A DNA stretch of 64,000 nt, from contig NC_058368.1 in the NCBI RefSeq assembly GCF_018350175.1, positions 182,964,001-183,028,000 on the forward strand. Direction: 5' to 3'. Below, in pieces: positions 26,827 to 39,406 of the stretch. Below the pieces are notes generated by a model. The model did no database searches, was not told the origin of the DNA, and was given only the letters and a program-made list of their open reading frames with translations. The stretch is from Felis catus (lineage: Eukaryota). A program made the translations under genes and the position numbers. Position 1 is the first letter of the stretch, and each line of letters starts with the position of its first letter.

Positions 26827-27704
26827 TCAGCGCTCCCCCCGACTCCCAACCCCCCTTAAAATTTCTTGCAGGACTGGTTTGGTACTCATGAACTCTTTTA
26901 GTTTTTTGTTTGGGAAAATATTTATTCTATTTTGAATGACAGCCTTTCTGGATAAAGAATTTCTGGCTTCATATTTTTCCAATTTAGCACGTTGAATATA
27001 TCCTGCCACCCCTTTCTGACATGCCAAGTTTCCGTGGATAGGTCTGATGCAAAATTGATCTGTATTTCCTTACAGGTTAAGGACTTTTATTCCCTTGTCT
27101 GTGTATTTTGTAAATTTGACTATGACATGCCTTGGTGATCGTTGGTTTTTGTTGAACATAATGAAAGTTCTCTGTGCCTCTTGGATTTTGATGTCTGTTT
27201 CTTACCTCAGATTAGGAAAGTTTTCACTATAGTTTTACTCACATAAAACTTCTGCCCCCTTTTCTCTCTCTTCATCTTCTGGGACTCTTATGATTCAATG
27301 TTATTACTTTTTTCTTAAAAAATATTTTTTTATTAAAAATGTTCTCTAAGTCTTGTATCATGCTCTTTTGCCTTTGTTTCCCTCTTTTTTTCTGCTTCAT
27401 CATTCTCCATAATTTTGTCTTCTAAATCGCTGATTTGCTGCTCTGCTTTGTCCATCCTTGCTGTCGTGGCTTTCATCGAGTTTGCATCTCAGTTATAACA
27501 TTTTTAATTTCATCCTCATTAGATTTTATTTCTTTTGTCTCCACAGAAAGGGATGCTATGCTTTTTTCAACCCCAGCTAGTATTTCATATTATCATGGTT
27601 CTAAATTCTGGCTCAGACATCTTGCTTATATCTGTATTGATTAAGCCCCTGGCTGTCATTTCTTCTTCTTCTTTTGTGGGGGGTGAATTCCTTCATTTTG
27701 TGAT
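26827..27704 (-). pseudogene. L1 ORF1, disrupted
   Basis: Directly upstream of ORF2; C-terminal KLKEFMSTKPVLQEILRG and N-terminal EEMTARGLINTDISKMSEPEF are readable on the minus strand. Confidence 0.85.
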
Positions 27705-30133
27705 TTTTGAGGAAGAAAAAATTACTAAGGTAAAAAATAAAAAGTAAAAAAATAAAACAAAACAAAAATTATAAAGGAACCTAGATCCTAGCTGTGTTTT
27801 GTTCTGCTTGTTAAAAGAAACTTGATAGAATAGAGAAAACTGGGAAAGAAAAAAAAAGAAAGAGAAAAAAGGTCAAAAAATTAAAATTAAAAAATATATA
27901 AATAGAATAAAATGAAATAAGGACAATGAAATAGACAATGAAATATAACTTTAAAAATTAAAAAAATAAAAATTTGGTGAAAAAATAAAAATAAAAATAC
28001 ATTTTTTCTCTTTCTGTATCCAAGAATGAGGGAGAAAACAAAATAAAAGAAGAAAAAAGAAAACAATTTAAGCAAAAACAGAAAATAAAACAAATAAATG
28101 AAGCAGCGAACAGAATGAAATCCAAATGAAGTTACATCCCATTTCCCCTGGAACTATAACTATAAAGGCTTCTGTAGTCTATACAATAAGCAGGTGGAGT
28201 GACGTGCTGGTTTTCTAGGGGATGTGCTTAGAGGGTGCAGGTGGGTGCAGCTTGGTGTAATGGTTCCATTCTCTACTAAGTGGCACTGCTTAGCTTATCG
28301 GGATGGATCGGTGTGGCGCACTTCACCTAGCTCCTTGTTCTCTGGAACAGGAACTTTGTGCTCTCACCAACCGGTGATCAAGCACCCCTCCTTTGTCTCA
28401 GGCCTCCGTCCACTCCATGTCTCTACCCTGTGTGTATCCAAGCTGTCTGCCTGCCAGGCAGCACCTCCCTCTAGAGTTTTTTCCTCAGATGTTCCAAATC
28501 CCAATGCTTCAGAGTCCCCTGCAGGTTGGACCCCTGCCAACTCTCTGGGGGAGGGTCTCCCTGAGTAATGTCCAGAAGCCTGCTTGCCCCAGAAAATAGT
28601 GGAAGGATCATGGAGTGGCAGAAGTTTAGAGATTATGGCAAATCACAACATACAACCAGCACTTTCACTGCATTCTGGTGTCTTTGTCTCAATACCAGCA
28701 AATGTGGCTGCTCTCAGGCACCCGCTGGAACCTTTGCCTGTGGGGAGACCATATGGCCTCTACCAAATGCTCTCTAAGCAGGGGAACCACTTCTGCCCAT
28801 GTGGCACATGGACCCTTCAGATGCTGCTGACTGCTTCTGGGGATTCACCCAGCTTCCTCACCAGAGCATCGCCAGACACTGAGTTCCAAAAGTTCAGACT
28901 CTGCACTCCACTGTTTATAGAATCCTGATGGTATTGAAACTCCCTCCTTTCCTCCTGTCAGTGGTTTTGGGAAACAGATTTCTTGTTCAGTCCCCTGCGA
29001 GTGTTTTTACTCTTTCTCTTTCTCTCCAGCTATTTTTTGGCGAGTGCTTTTCTTGCACAATCCCAATGTACCACGCTCTCCCCATTTCCCTTTTTCTGTC
29101 TTCTGTCCACAAAAACAGCTCCCTACCCTCTGCACCTTTTCTCTCCCCCAGTTCACCTCTCTGCACCATGTATCTGCCAGGTTATGTGGCTCAGGTTATG
29201 CAGATTTTTGTATTAATCCTCAGATCAATTTCCTAGGTGTTCAAAATGGTTTAGTGCTGATCTGGCTGTATTTCAGAGACAAGAAATGCTCAGGGTCTCC
29301 ATGCTGCTCCCCCTGTGTTTCGTACAATTGTTGCAGTATAAGAAATTATTTTACCATAGGCTCCCAATTCATGACAGCAGGTATGTAAGTAGTAAGAGTT
29401 AAACATTGAATTTTTTGAAATATTCTCAATCCATCCAATTATACTTCTTGATCAATTACCATGTGATTAACTATACTACACAATAAGCTAAGCAACAAAG
29501 AAATAGTCAATCATTCATATATCTTATTTTCCAATGGAATACATCAGGAATTGAGATGTTTTATTAGACAGTTCTGTATAACATCACTAATAAAACTATA
29601 AAGTCTGAGAATAAAATGAAGTACAGCAAAAAAAAAAACTAGATTTTATGAGCTATGCAAAATCTCCTGTTTAACATGGTAGAAACTGGAATATACCAGT
29701 TAAACTGCATGGAGGTAGAGTTTCAGTTTAAGACAAAAGATGTGTACAATAAAGAAAGTCTCAGAGTAGAAAACTAAGATACAGTGACATCCATCTAACA
29801 CCCCAAATCCTTGCCAACTCTTTTTTTTGTAACTGTCCTTATATTTTAACTAGAGTAACTCTGTAAATTGCCAGGGGTCTTTAAGTCTATAGCTTTGTGG
29901 TAAGTGGACATATATTTTAAATCTAGATGAGTTGGCCCAAATCCTGTTTAATGAGAATACTGAGTCTGCTTCTACTATGATTTTCGAAAACATTTGGTGT
30001 TGATGATGTTGAAGACCATAACCTAGAGAGCAGCAGTGTGAAAGTTGAAGACAACAGTGCCCAGAAACTTGGAAGTATGACAGGCATTTTCATAAAAATG
30101 GCTCAAAACCTTTCTTTCCCTTACATCCAACTG

Positions 30134-30136
<3 letters not shown>

Positions 30137-30173
<37 letters not shown>
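30137..30173. repeat. (CT)n microsatellite
   Basis: Directly visible; no SINE head attached. Confidence 0.95.
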
Positions 30174-30175
<2 letters not shown>

Positions 30176-31639
30176 AAAAAAAGCTATTCGGTACTCTTGC
30201 TTAATTTAAACACTGGACAGAAAATACAGCATCTATTTAAAAATGTGCATGGAGATTCAGAATATATTGGAAGGAGAAAAGTTTCCACAAAGCTAAGCAA
30301 GAGGGTGCATCTGTGATTGGAGGAGTCAGACAGATGCACCTGATGCTCAACCAACTTCTGAGGAGTGTTGGAAAAAGAAACACACTTCCCCTTTCATTGG
30401 AAATGAATCATAACCATTCTCTGCTTATGGTGCTGGAACAGTTTTCTATTTTTATTACAAAGAAGTGCTATCTGGCAAGAAATGTGAACAACCCCCTTGC
30501 ACTTAAAGAAAATAAGTGGAAAGGAAAAAGGCACTAATTGATCCTTCTTAACAAGTTCCTCCACATCTCCACTTTAATTTTTTCCATCATCACCTCTTTT
30601 AGATGAATCTTTTTCTCTGTTCTCTCTGAGTTATTGCTTAAATTAAAAGTGTTTTTCAAGCTGATAGAAACAAATGTAAATGAGGACACAAACAGAAAAG
30701 TACATTTTCCTTTGGATATTGGCATTCAGGTATTTTAGCTCATGGTTCAGCATTAAACAAAGGATACGGATATAAAAAGTATATATTGTTTTCTAAGGAT
30801 TTGGAAAAGATACTACAGAAATGGCTGTACTATATGATTATAATAGCCCTATTTATTAACACAATATATGTGTGCCTACTAGTGCATTTCAAGGTGCATG
30901 ACTCCAATTCCTGAAATTATTTTTGAACTATCTGTATCAGTTAAACCACTGTGTTTACTGCCCTCCTCAAATCTTGCATATACCAGGTTCTTGATCTCTG
31001 CTTAATTTTTTTCTTAAATTGACTTGATTTGACTTCCTTATTTTCACCCCTAAATTCACACTCTCACTTATCCTTAGTCTGAATACTCTGAGAATCTGTT
31101 TCCAAAATGGAAGCCCTGGCACCCAGGACCCTCCCATGCCAGCCTGCTTGATTAGTTCATATCTTATCCCCACCCATGCCACTTCCACCTAGCCAAGCAT
31201 GTAAGATCAAACAATAAGTGATTTTAAAATCTGTTCCATATTCTAGACACCAGAGAGGTGAACAAACCATGGGGACAATTAGGGAAAATTGAAAGTAGAT
31301 TCTTGTTGGCATAATGTTTGAAAATTTTAGATTTCCATATATTTGAAATTGTAATAAGTACAATAGCCTATATCTAGATGAATAAAATGAAAGCAGAAAT
31401 CATTCATCTAATAGATTATAATTATTAGCATATTATTGGAAGAATATATTCATTTAATTAACCACTTGATCAGTGTAGGTAGTTTTAGTAATTCTTACTA
31501 TGAGAATAGTATTACTTTGCCATAATGATTATAGAGTTCCTTCTGGTACTTTTTGTTTATAGTAGCAATAATTTTGCAAAGAACTTATTTATTAACTCTT
31601 TATAATAAAAGAGTAGAGTTCTTTATCATGGTCTATTTA

Positions 31640-32090
31640 CAGATCTAACCTTACCTTTATTTCTTGACTCATCTTTTTCCAAGGCAAAATATTTGTTTGA
31701 TTAAATGAAATAATTTAGAGTTCCTCAAAGCATTTTTCGTTTTCACTTCATCCACAAGAAAAGTCCCTCATCTCCTTTCATGCCACTGATGAATATTATT
31801 AAATCATCTCTCAAGACATATCAGTCATCACTGTCTTTAGAAGCCTTTCCTGACCACGCCCCTAACCAGATACTCTGGCATGATTATATTCTTTCTTTCC
31901 TTAAAGTATATCCCATATATACTTCTGTCAGTCACAAAATATGTAGCACAGAAGGTATAGTTTTGGCTCTATCATCCCTTATTTGATTCCAGCTAAATTT
32001 AAAGCTCTGGATCTTATTTCTCTCATTTGTTGTGAAACCCAGCACAATATCTGACATAAAACCGGAACTCAATAAAATATTGTTAAATTG
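31640..32090 (+). mobile_element. L2 3' region relic
   Basis: agaagcctttcctgacc...cccagcacaatatctgacataaaaccggaactcaataaaatattgtt resembles the L2 3' end. Confidence 0.55.
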
Positions 32091-32230
32091 GTGTATGATG
32101 CTTTCGAAGTTATTTTAAAATAATATTCAGTATTTCTAGGGCTGTTTAATTTTCAGCACATAAAATCTTATGTGGTTATAATAGTTACAGAAAATTTAAA
32201 ATGTAAATATTATAAAGATTGAAAGTGTCT

Positions 32231-32763
32231 TGGGGTGGTTTTAAAATATGTCTACAAATTATTTGATTCTATTTCTTTTAAGGAGTGGAGCTTAATTCCT
32301 CTCCCCTTGAGTGTGAGTTGGACTTAATTAATGACTTGCTTCTAATGAATAACATACAAGGCAAATGGCAACGTGTTACTTCCAAGATTAGGTAATACAG
32401 GCATTGTGGGATCCTTCTTGGATCTCTGCCTTGCATCACTTGTTCTGAGGGAAGCTATCTTCCGTGTAATAGGGACACTCAGCAGTCTAGAGAGATCCAG
32501 GTGGCAAGAAACTGAGGCTCCCTGTCAACAGCCATCTGAATGAGCCATCTTGGAAATGAGTGTTCTAGTCCCGGTCAAAACCTCAGATTACAGCAGGCCC
32601 TGATGATAACCTGAAAGCAAATTCATGAGACACTCTCATCTTGAATTACCCAAAAACTCACTCCTGATATTACATCCAGAAACTATGATATAATAATTTT
32701 TTATTGTTTTAGACCATTAAATTTTGGGAGTAATTTGTAATGTAGCATTAGATAACTCATGAA
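32231..32763 (+). mobile_element. MaLR solo LTR (MLT1F-like)
   Basis: ggtggttttaaaatatgtctacaaatt...gtggagcttaattcctctccccttgagtgtg start; aattttgggagtaatttgtaatgtagcattagataact end. Confidence 0.85.
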
Positions 32764-32945
32764 GGTCCTTTAAATAACACTTAAATAGTGTAGTATATAC
32801 CTTTTATAGTCCTTTGAGTAATAGCTAAATATTGTAGTACAGAGAGATAGAAGGGAAATTATGAGACTACACATTCATATAAAGAAAAGTTTGAGGCCAG
32901 AGAATTTTCATTATTTTAAAATATAAATTTCCCAATAGTAGTATT

Positions 32946-33158
32946 TTTTTTTCAACGTTTTTTATTTATTTTTGGGACAGAGAGAAACAGAGCATGAACG
33001 GGGGAGGGGCAGAGAGAGAGGGAGACACAGCATCAGAAACAGGCTCCAGGCTCCGAGCCATCAGCCCAGAGCCCGACGCGGGGCTCGAACTCACGGACCG
33101 TGAGATCGTGACCTGGCTGAAGTCGGACGCTTAACCGACTGCGCCACCCAGGCGCCCC
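32946..33158 (-). mobile_element. Young felid SINE (SINEC_Fc-type)
   Basis: CpG-intact body (gcccgacgcggggctcgaactcacggaccg); perfect TSD ccaatagtagtatt at 32932-32945 and 33159-33172. Confidence 0.98.
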
Positions 33159-33521
33159 CCAATAGTAGTATTAAACGCTAGAGTGGACTACCTCGAGGAT
33201 GTTGTTTCGTCTCCCAGAGTTTCCTAAAATAAAAAAAAAGTTTTAATTCTGCCTGTATGCGACTTGCCCATAAAACTTAAAAAAAAAAAAACAAAAAAAA
33301 CCTCATTGTTATATAACATCAAAATTAAATACTTCTATAACTTGGTATGTGAGTTGCAGTTCTGCCCTGCCTGTCATATTGTAAATGATTAATGGATATT
33401 TAATTTCTCACTATTAAAACTCAGTAAATAAAATGAAAAATGTGGTTTTTTAATGTGTTTGGTAAAAATTTTGGTGAAACAAATGGAATTGTTACATGTT
33501 ACAATACTTACATGAATTAGG

Positions 33522-33945
33522 AATGTGGTTCTTAATATTGGCTGCACATTAGAAGTACTTGGGGAAATTTAAACAAAAATGATGCATGTATTTAAATTTA
33601 ATAAATAATATCAAATAGTATTCCAAAGTCCTTATAGTAATTTGTATTCCTTTTCTGTACTGTATGAGAATTCTAGTTTCCTTTTGAAATGCATTTGCCT
33701 TCCTAAATATTTTTTTTTCTGAGACAGTTATATCATCAATATTTTTGAGACATGCAGAAGCTGTATTACTCTAGGTGTGAGAATAAAATTAGTCCATGAT
33801 TAACCGCAAAAAAAAAAAAATGATGCATAGATCCCATTCTTAGAAGATCTGATTCATTAGGTCAGAGAGAGCCTGGGTATTTTTTATCTTAAAGATCTCC
33901 CAAGATGATTCAAGGGTAGAGCTATGTTTGAAAAAAAAAAAAGTG
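33522..33945. mobile_element. MER5A-like DNA transposon split by a retroposed insert
   Basis: Left half gtggttcttaatattggctgcacattagaagtacttggggaa; right half agatctgattcattaggtc...ctcccaagatgattc; the halves join when 33588-33828 is removed. Confidence 0.75.
33588..33815 (+). mobile_element. Polyadenylated retroposed insert (orphan transduction or retrocopied transcript 3' end)
   Basis: TSD aaaaatgatgcat at 33575-33587 and 33816-33828; AATAAA 33782-33787; A13 run 33808-33820; no SINE or young L1 body. Confidence 0.8.
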
Positions 33946-34006
33946 ACTTAGAATAGCCTCATCGACACCTGATTACAATTCTGAAATGGCTCAGCAAATT
34001 ATACAC

Positions 34007-34193
34007 CAGGAGTTCACAAATGTTAGTTAGGATGCATAAGAATCACTTATGGAACTTGTGAAGTACACAGCACACTGAACCATATTCTCAGAGACCCCAA
34101 TTGATTAGGTCTGGAATTGGACCCAGAATACTGTAATCAGGCAGCACCTCCAGGGATTTTTAATGCATGTGGGACACATAATATGAAACACTG
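34007..34193. mobile_element. MER5-like DNA transposon
   Basis: cag...gcataagaatcacttatggaacttgtgaa...taggtctggaattggacccag...aaacactg, ~190 bp. Confidence 0.65.
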
Positions 34194-35851
34194 ACCCACA
34201 CACAAAAAGAACAGTAAGCTCATCAATAAAAACACTTAAACCTCAACAATAAGCAAAAACACATCCCAACTTAACAATGAGCAAAATATCTGTAAAGACA
34301 CCACATTGGAAAAGATATACAGTAGGCAAATAAACTTTATTCAATATAATGTAACTAGAGAAGTGATACTCAAAACAATGGCATCATTATAAATTTATTG
34401 TCAATTGCTAAAAAAACAAAACAAAACAACAACAACAACAAACCTAACAACAAATTGCTAGCAAGGATGTAGAGCTATATGAACCATCATTCATTACGGG
34501 ACGTAAATGAAAAATGCTATAGTAACTTTGAAAGACAGTTTGGCTGCTATTTCTTATAAAGCTAAACATAGACTTAACACATAACCTAGTAATTGCCATC
34601 CTAGGTATTTACTAAAATTATTTGAAAACAAAAACTTGCCACAGGAGTGTTGATAGCTTTATGCATAAGCACAAAATCTAGAAAGAACCAAGATGTTCTT
34701 TGATAGGTGAATGGAACAAATTAAAAACTGTGATGTGTACATATTTTTTAGCAACCAAAAGGAACAGCTATTGATCCACAGAAAAACATGAATGAATCTG
34801 AAATTCATATTGCTAAGTAAAGAAAGCCAGTTTTAGAGAGTCTGGTGGAATATGACAAATGGAATATTACTCCATGCATATGACATTCTGGAAAAGACAA
34901 AACCATAGAGACTGAAAACAGATCACTGGTTGACAGGGGTTTGGAGCAGTTTTAAAAAGGTGGAGTACATGAGATATTTTAGAACTATGGGACTATTCTG
35001 TGTGGTACTATGATTGGTGATACACAACACTAACCGTTTGTCATAACCCACTGAACTATAATAAACTCAGTTTGCTGAATGTAAGGAAGAAAAAAAAAAA
35101 AAAAACAACTAGGAGAGAGAGAACACAAGATAGAATGCCGATTGTACCGAAAGAATTTAACTATTAAAAATACATGACATAATCTTACTGAAGGATGTGG
35201 GGAAAAAAGCAAGGCTGATCTAAGAAATTTTGAAAGTGAATGAACACAGTAAGACTAAAGATAAAAGGAGCTATAAATAAGTGCTATACTCTAGTTGGTA
35301 AAGTTATTTTCATGGGAATATGAGTAAACAATTCTGAAAGTGCTGTAAATGCATACCAGGGTTGAATATGTAAATGGATGGCAGCTGATGGAAACCAGAT
35401 TTGTCACTGTTGGAGCAGGAGGTTACAGATCAACAAGGGGGAGGCTAGAATAAACCAAGATGAACCATGTGATACTGATTTAGAATTAGAGACATTAAAA
35501 TGAACTCAGGTTTAGCTTAATATTGATACATCCATGTATCTATATATCTATACCTATATCTATTTCTATATCTTTATCTATATACAGTGGCTGTGTCCAC
35601 TGGGATGCCTTAGAAGCAATGATACCCCAGGAGCAATGAGGACACCCAGTGCCAACCTCTTTGTATCTAATATCATCCTCCAATAAGAGCAATCTAGATT
35701 CTTAAATAAATAGCTGATTGTAAAGCTGGGGCAAGGAATATACAATATGATCCTGGAGCATCCATTAGTGCCAGAAATTATTTAAATGATAAACAACAAG
35801 AAAAAATAACAACTCTGAGAGTATGTCTAAAGGACTCAAGTTCCAACTGAA

Positions 35852-35853
<2 letters not shown>

Positions 35854-35906
<53 letters not shown>
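35854..35906. repeat. (TA)n microsatellite
   Basis: Directly visible. Confidence 0.97.
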
Positions 35907-35907
<1 letters not shown>

Positions 35908-36060
35908 CATTGAATCCATATATTGAGGGAATAGACAGATTTCCAGTGAAGAACAATTCCTATGTATGTAGATATTCCCCATTCAAGAAGGTGGAGTATG
36001 AATCTCTATCTGTTAACTGTGGGCTACAATTAGTGATTTGTCAAAAAAGAACAAAGTATA

Positions 36061-36310
36061 GGGCACCTGGGTGGTTCAGTCAGTTAAGTGTCTGATTCTT
36101 GACTTTGGTTCAGGTTATGATCTCACAGTTTGTGAGTTCAAGCCCCATATTAGGCTCTGCACTGACAGTGCAAAGACTGCTTGGGATTCTCTCTCTTCCC
36201 CTGTCCCTCTGCTCCTTCCCCACTCTCTGTCTCTTTCTCTCTGTCTCTCTCTCTGTCTTTTTTTCTCTCTCTCTCTTTCTTTCAAAATAAATAAATAAAC
36301 CTTAAAAAAC
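36061..36310 (+). mobile_element. Can-SINE inside the old L1
   Basis: TSD aaagaacaaagtata / aaagaacaaagtgta (36046-36060, 36311-36325). Confidence 0.96.
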
Positions 36311-38839
36311 AAAGAACAAAGTGTAGAACAAGGGAAAGTAAAATAGAAACTTTACTGTAGAGAATCCTTGCAGACTACCTAAGCCATGTGGTCAAGGTCT
36401 GCATCACCAGTAGTAAGTCACCTTGATAGACTACATACTATGCACATACACACACACAAGCACACACACACATATACGATATGTTGTGTGGAGAATGGTA
36501 CTCTCTCTTTCTGGTCTTCCTCCTAATAACCCATAACCCCAGTCTAACCATAAGATAATTAAAAACAAAACTAAAGTAAACAAACAAAAAATGTCTGAAA
36601 AAGTATCATAATCAAAAGGAGCCTAAGGAGACATGATGACTAAATATAGTATTCTGTATGGGACCCTGTAAAAGACAAGGGACATTAGAAACAAATGAAA
36701 TTCTGAATACTGTGTGAAGTTTTGTTAACATTAATATATCAATTTTGTCTACTAACTGTAACAAATGTAACCAAGTAACATGATATATTCCCATTGGGGG
36801 AATTACATGCAAGCTGTATAAAAAGCCTCTGTAGTCCCTTTGCAACTTTTCCATAAGTCTAAAAGTCTTCTAAAATAAAAGCTTTATTTACCAAAAATTG
36901 GGCCCAATTTCCAGTCCCCAGGGCATACAGCAAAGTGCTGTCCTAGTGAATTACAGTAAAGAAAGAAGCCTTAATTAAGCTCTCTCCTTCGACTTGAGGG
37001 CTTAGTTTGGCCTAACTTTTTATTGGAAAACAATGAGTGAGTTTGCTCACTATGGCAGCAGTTTTCCAAGTCCACACAGCTTTCACAGAAATCTATTAAA
37101 GATAAAAAGAAGCTTAAACAGCGCATATTCCTACCTCTTGCTTTTGTTTATACACGTTGAAGAGTATTCAGAACGGACCTCATCTCAAGCTTGCACTAAT
37201 CCTTAAATAATTACAATTCATCTACTTGATACTGGAAACACCTCATGGAATGTAACGTTGTTTTGCTGGCTTGTCTAATCCGATTCAATTACTTCAGTTC
37301 CCTCTCCCAGAGGCTTCACCCTCAGAAACCGAGCTCTGTGTGGAAAAGAGAACCTGGGAGGGGTGATTCAGTTTCAATAGAAATGAGCTGAACATTAAAA
37401 ACATTTTTTCTTAGTCCTTTCCCAAATATCAGTCCATCAATAAACATGAGAAACAGCTTGTAATTCACAAAGCTCCCAGCACCTCTGTGGTGAGAAGGGC
37501 AGACTGGTCTGGCTGAGGAAATGCTGGAGACAGGAATAGTTCACTGGCTTGGACCAATTTGAATGGATGGAAATCACAAAAGTCCCTGAAGCTGGAGAAA
37601 ATAAAGCTCTGAAGCTGGCGGAAGCTTGTCATCTGCATGCAGAAAGTGACAGAGATATTACAGATTTCCTGTACAAAGGGAACTCCTTCAGTCACCTGTA
37701 AAGAGTTCCCTTGTCAATTAGAACCTTCCGAAAAAGGCCGTGACAACTGAGAGATGCCTCCTTCCTCTCCTTGCCAAGAACAGCCACCTGCCCAGAATTA
37801 AAACTTTGATTTAAAAAAGAGAATAAAATATCAGAGTTCAGTGATTGCTCAACAGAAATTCCATGAAAAAAGTCGCAATCCAAAAGAGCAGGAAGGCAAA
37901 GCACAGGCTCTATCACATGTGAGGATGGATTTGAGGTTGTGTGATCTTCTCAAGATGAAAAAGACCACATTCTTAATTAGTCACCCAGTTTTTGCCAGCA
38001 GTAAATGATATGATGAAATAAAAGGGGGGTTGTCATTCTACTCTAAAGTCCAATTCCTGACCCTTTGTTATAGTACTTGCAGTGAATCATGTCTTTGATC
38101 TCAAAATCATCCTCCTCACTTTCCTAAACTGCCTATAGTTTTGCAGTTGAGAAACGAATAATGAAACATAGGGAAGCACGAGAGATGAATTTAGAGACAC
38201 TAATCTCTAAATGGAAATTTATGGCTTTTTCTACGTTCCTGCCAGTAGTGACAATGAAGAAAAACTTTACCTCTCAGAATTAAAAATGTATTTTGCTCTT
38301 GATGCCGTTATCTTCCTGGTAATTGGCAAACTTTCATGGATGCTTTTAAAAGTAGCAAAACATTCCAAAACAGATGCGGCTCCATGAGAAAAACACCATG
38401 AACATTTTGAATGCAATAAGTTTAATTCTCTTCCCTGACACTGAGGAATGACAGTAAATAGATTGTCAGGATTTGAGGAAGTAGCAGGGCACAGATTAAA
38501 GAGCTCTGTTCAGAAGCAGAGAGACAAGTGATTCTGTTGCTTCTTCACTGCAGTATTTGATGCTAAATAGTCAAGTTCTCTTCGCCTCAACAACCTATAA
38601 AATGGTGCCAGCAGTAGTATTTAGTATAGCATGGGGAGGATGAAAGCAATCATATAAGTGCTTACCTACTGGGACTATCACGTAGAAGGTACCCAATCAT
38701 TGTGGCTGTAATCGGGCAGAAATCTATGCTTCTACTATTGGTAAATGTATCAGATAAATAAGACACTAAGCACCACAAAAACTCTAAATTAACTTACAAT
38801 CTAGTAGGTAATATAAATTAGAATATAGTTCACCGATTT

Positions 38840-38975
38840 ATTACTTCGTTTATTCAGCAAATGTTTACTGATGTTCTCTCATGTGCCAGGCACTGTTTTT
38901 GATGCTGACGATAATTGAACAATGAAAAAAAAGATACACAAAATTTTTGTGCACAAGGAGCTTAGGTTCTGGAGT
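38840..38975 (-). mobile_element. L2 3' end relic
   Basis: tattcagcaaatgtttactg...atgtgccaggcactgtt...aggagcttaggttctgg. Confidence 0.65.
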
Positions 38976-39195
38976 AACATACCATGCTATTAAACTAAAT
39001 GACGTAAAACTTCAAAAGATCTTTGTAAAGACTATGCCATTGCTATTCTTTTGATTTTTCCAGCAATTATCTCAGCTTTGTTTAAAGATAATCAGTAACA
39101 AATTGTTACTATGCACTTTAATAAAATTTGCTTTATTATCACAAAATAAAGGGTAGGGGGGATTCGTTAGGGTTTTCAGAGATTGCAACGTATTT

Positions 39196-39406
39196 AAAAA
39201 AAATTAATGTTCATTTATTTTTGAGAGGCAGAGACAGAGTAAGAGTGGGAGAGGGGCAGAGAGAGAGGGAGACACAGAATCTGAAGCAGGCTCCAGGCTC
39301 TGAACTGTCAGCACAGAGCCCGATGTGGGGCTTGAACTCACAAACTGTCAGATCATGACCTGAACTGAAGTTGGACGCTCAACTGACAAAGCCACCCAGG
39401 CACCCC
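39196..39406 (-). mobile_element. Can-SINE
   Basis: TSD agagattgcaacgtattt / agagactgcaatgtattt (39178-39195, 39407-39424). Confidence 0.97.

Larger units (their letters stand above)
22737..29313 (-). mobile_element. Near-full-length (~6.6 kb) decayed carnivore LINE-1
   Basis: (TTTA)n tail at ~22740-22800, 3'UTR, ORF2 and ORF1 remnants, T-rich (L1-sense) tract at 27720-28100, and a GC-richer 5'UTR ending near 29313; TSD not clear (tgtgttt on both sides). Confidence 0.96.
34218..36892 (+). mobile_element. Ancient L1MC/L1MD-type ORF2 end plus long 3'UTR
   Basis: Degenerate ORF2 tail (caaggatgtagagc, gaaagacagtttggc), tatgacattctggaaaagacaaaacc, long 3'UTR motifs (agcaatgataccccaggagcaatgag) and ctttgcaactttt...taagtctaaaa terminus; contains (TA)n and a SINE. 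Confidence 0.85.

Noticed and set aside
29920..30537. Coding-looking stretch (FGVDDVEDHNLESSSVKVEDNS...) that might be an exon or processed pseudogene
   Set aside because: No protein I recognise, stops in each frame examined, interrupted by (CT)n, no poly(A)/TSD. A TBLASTN/BLASTX hit would overturn this.
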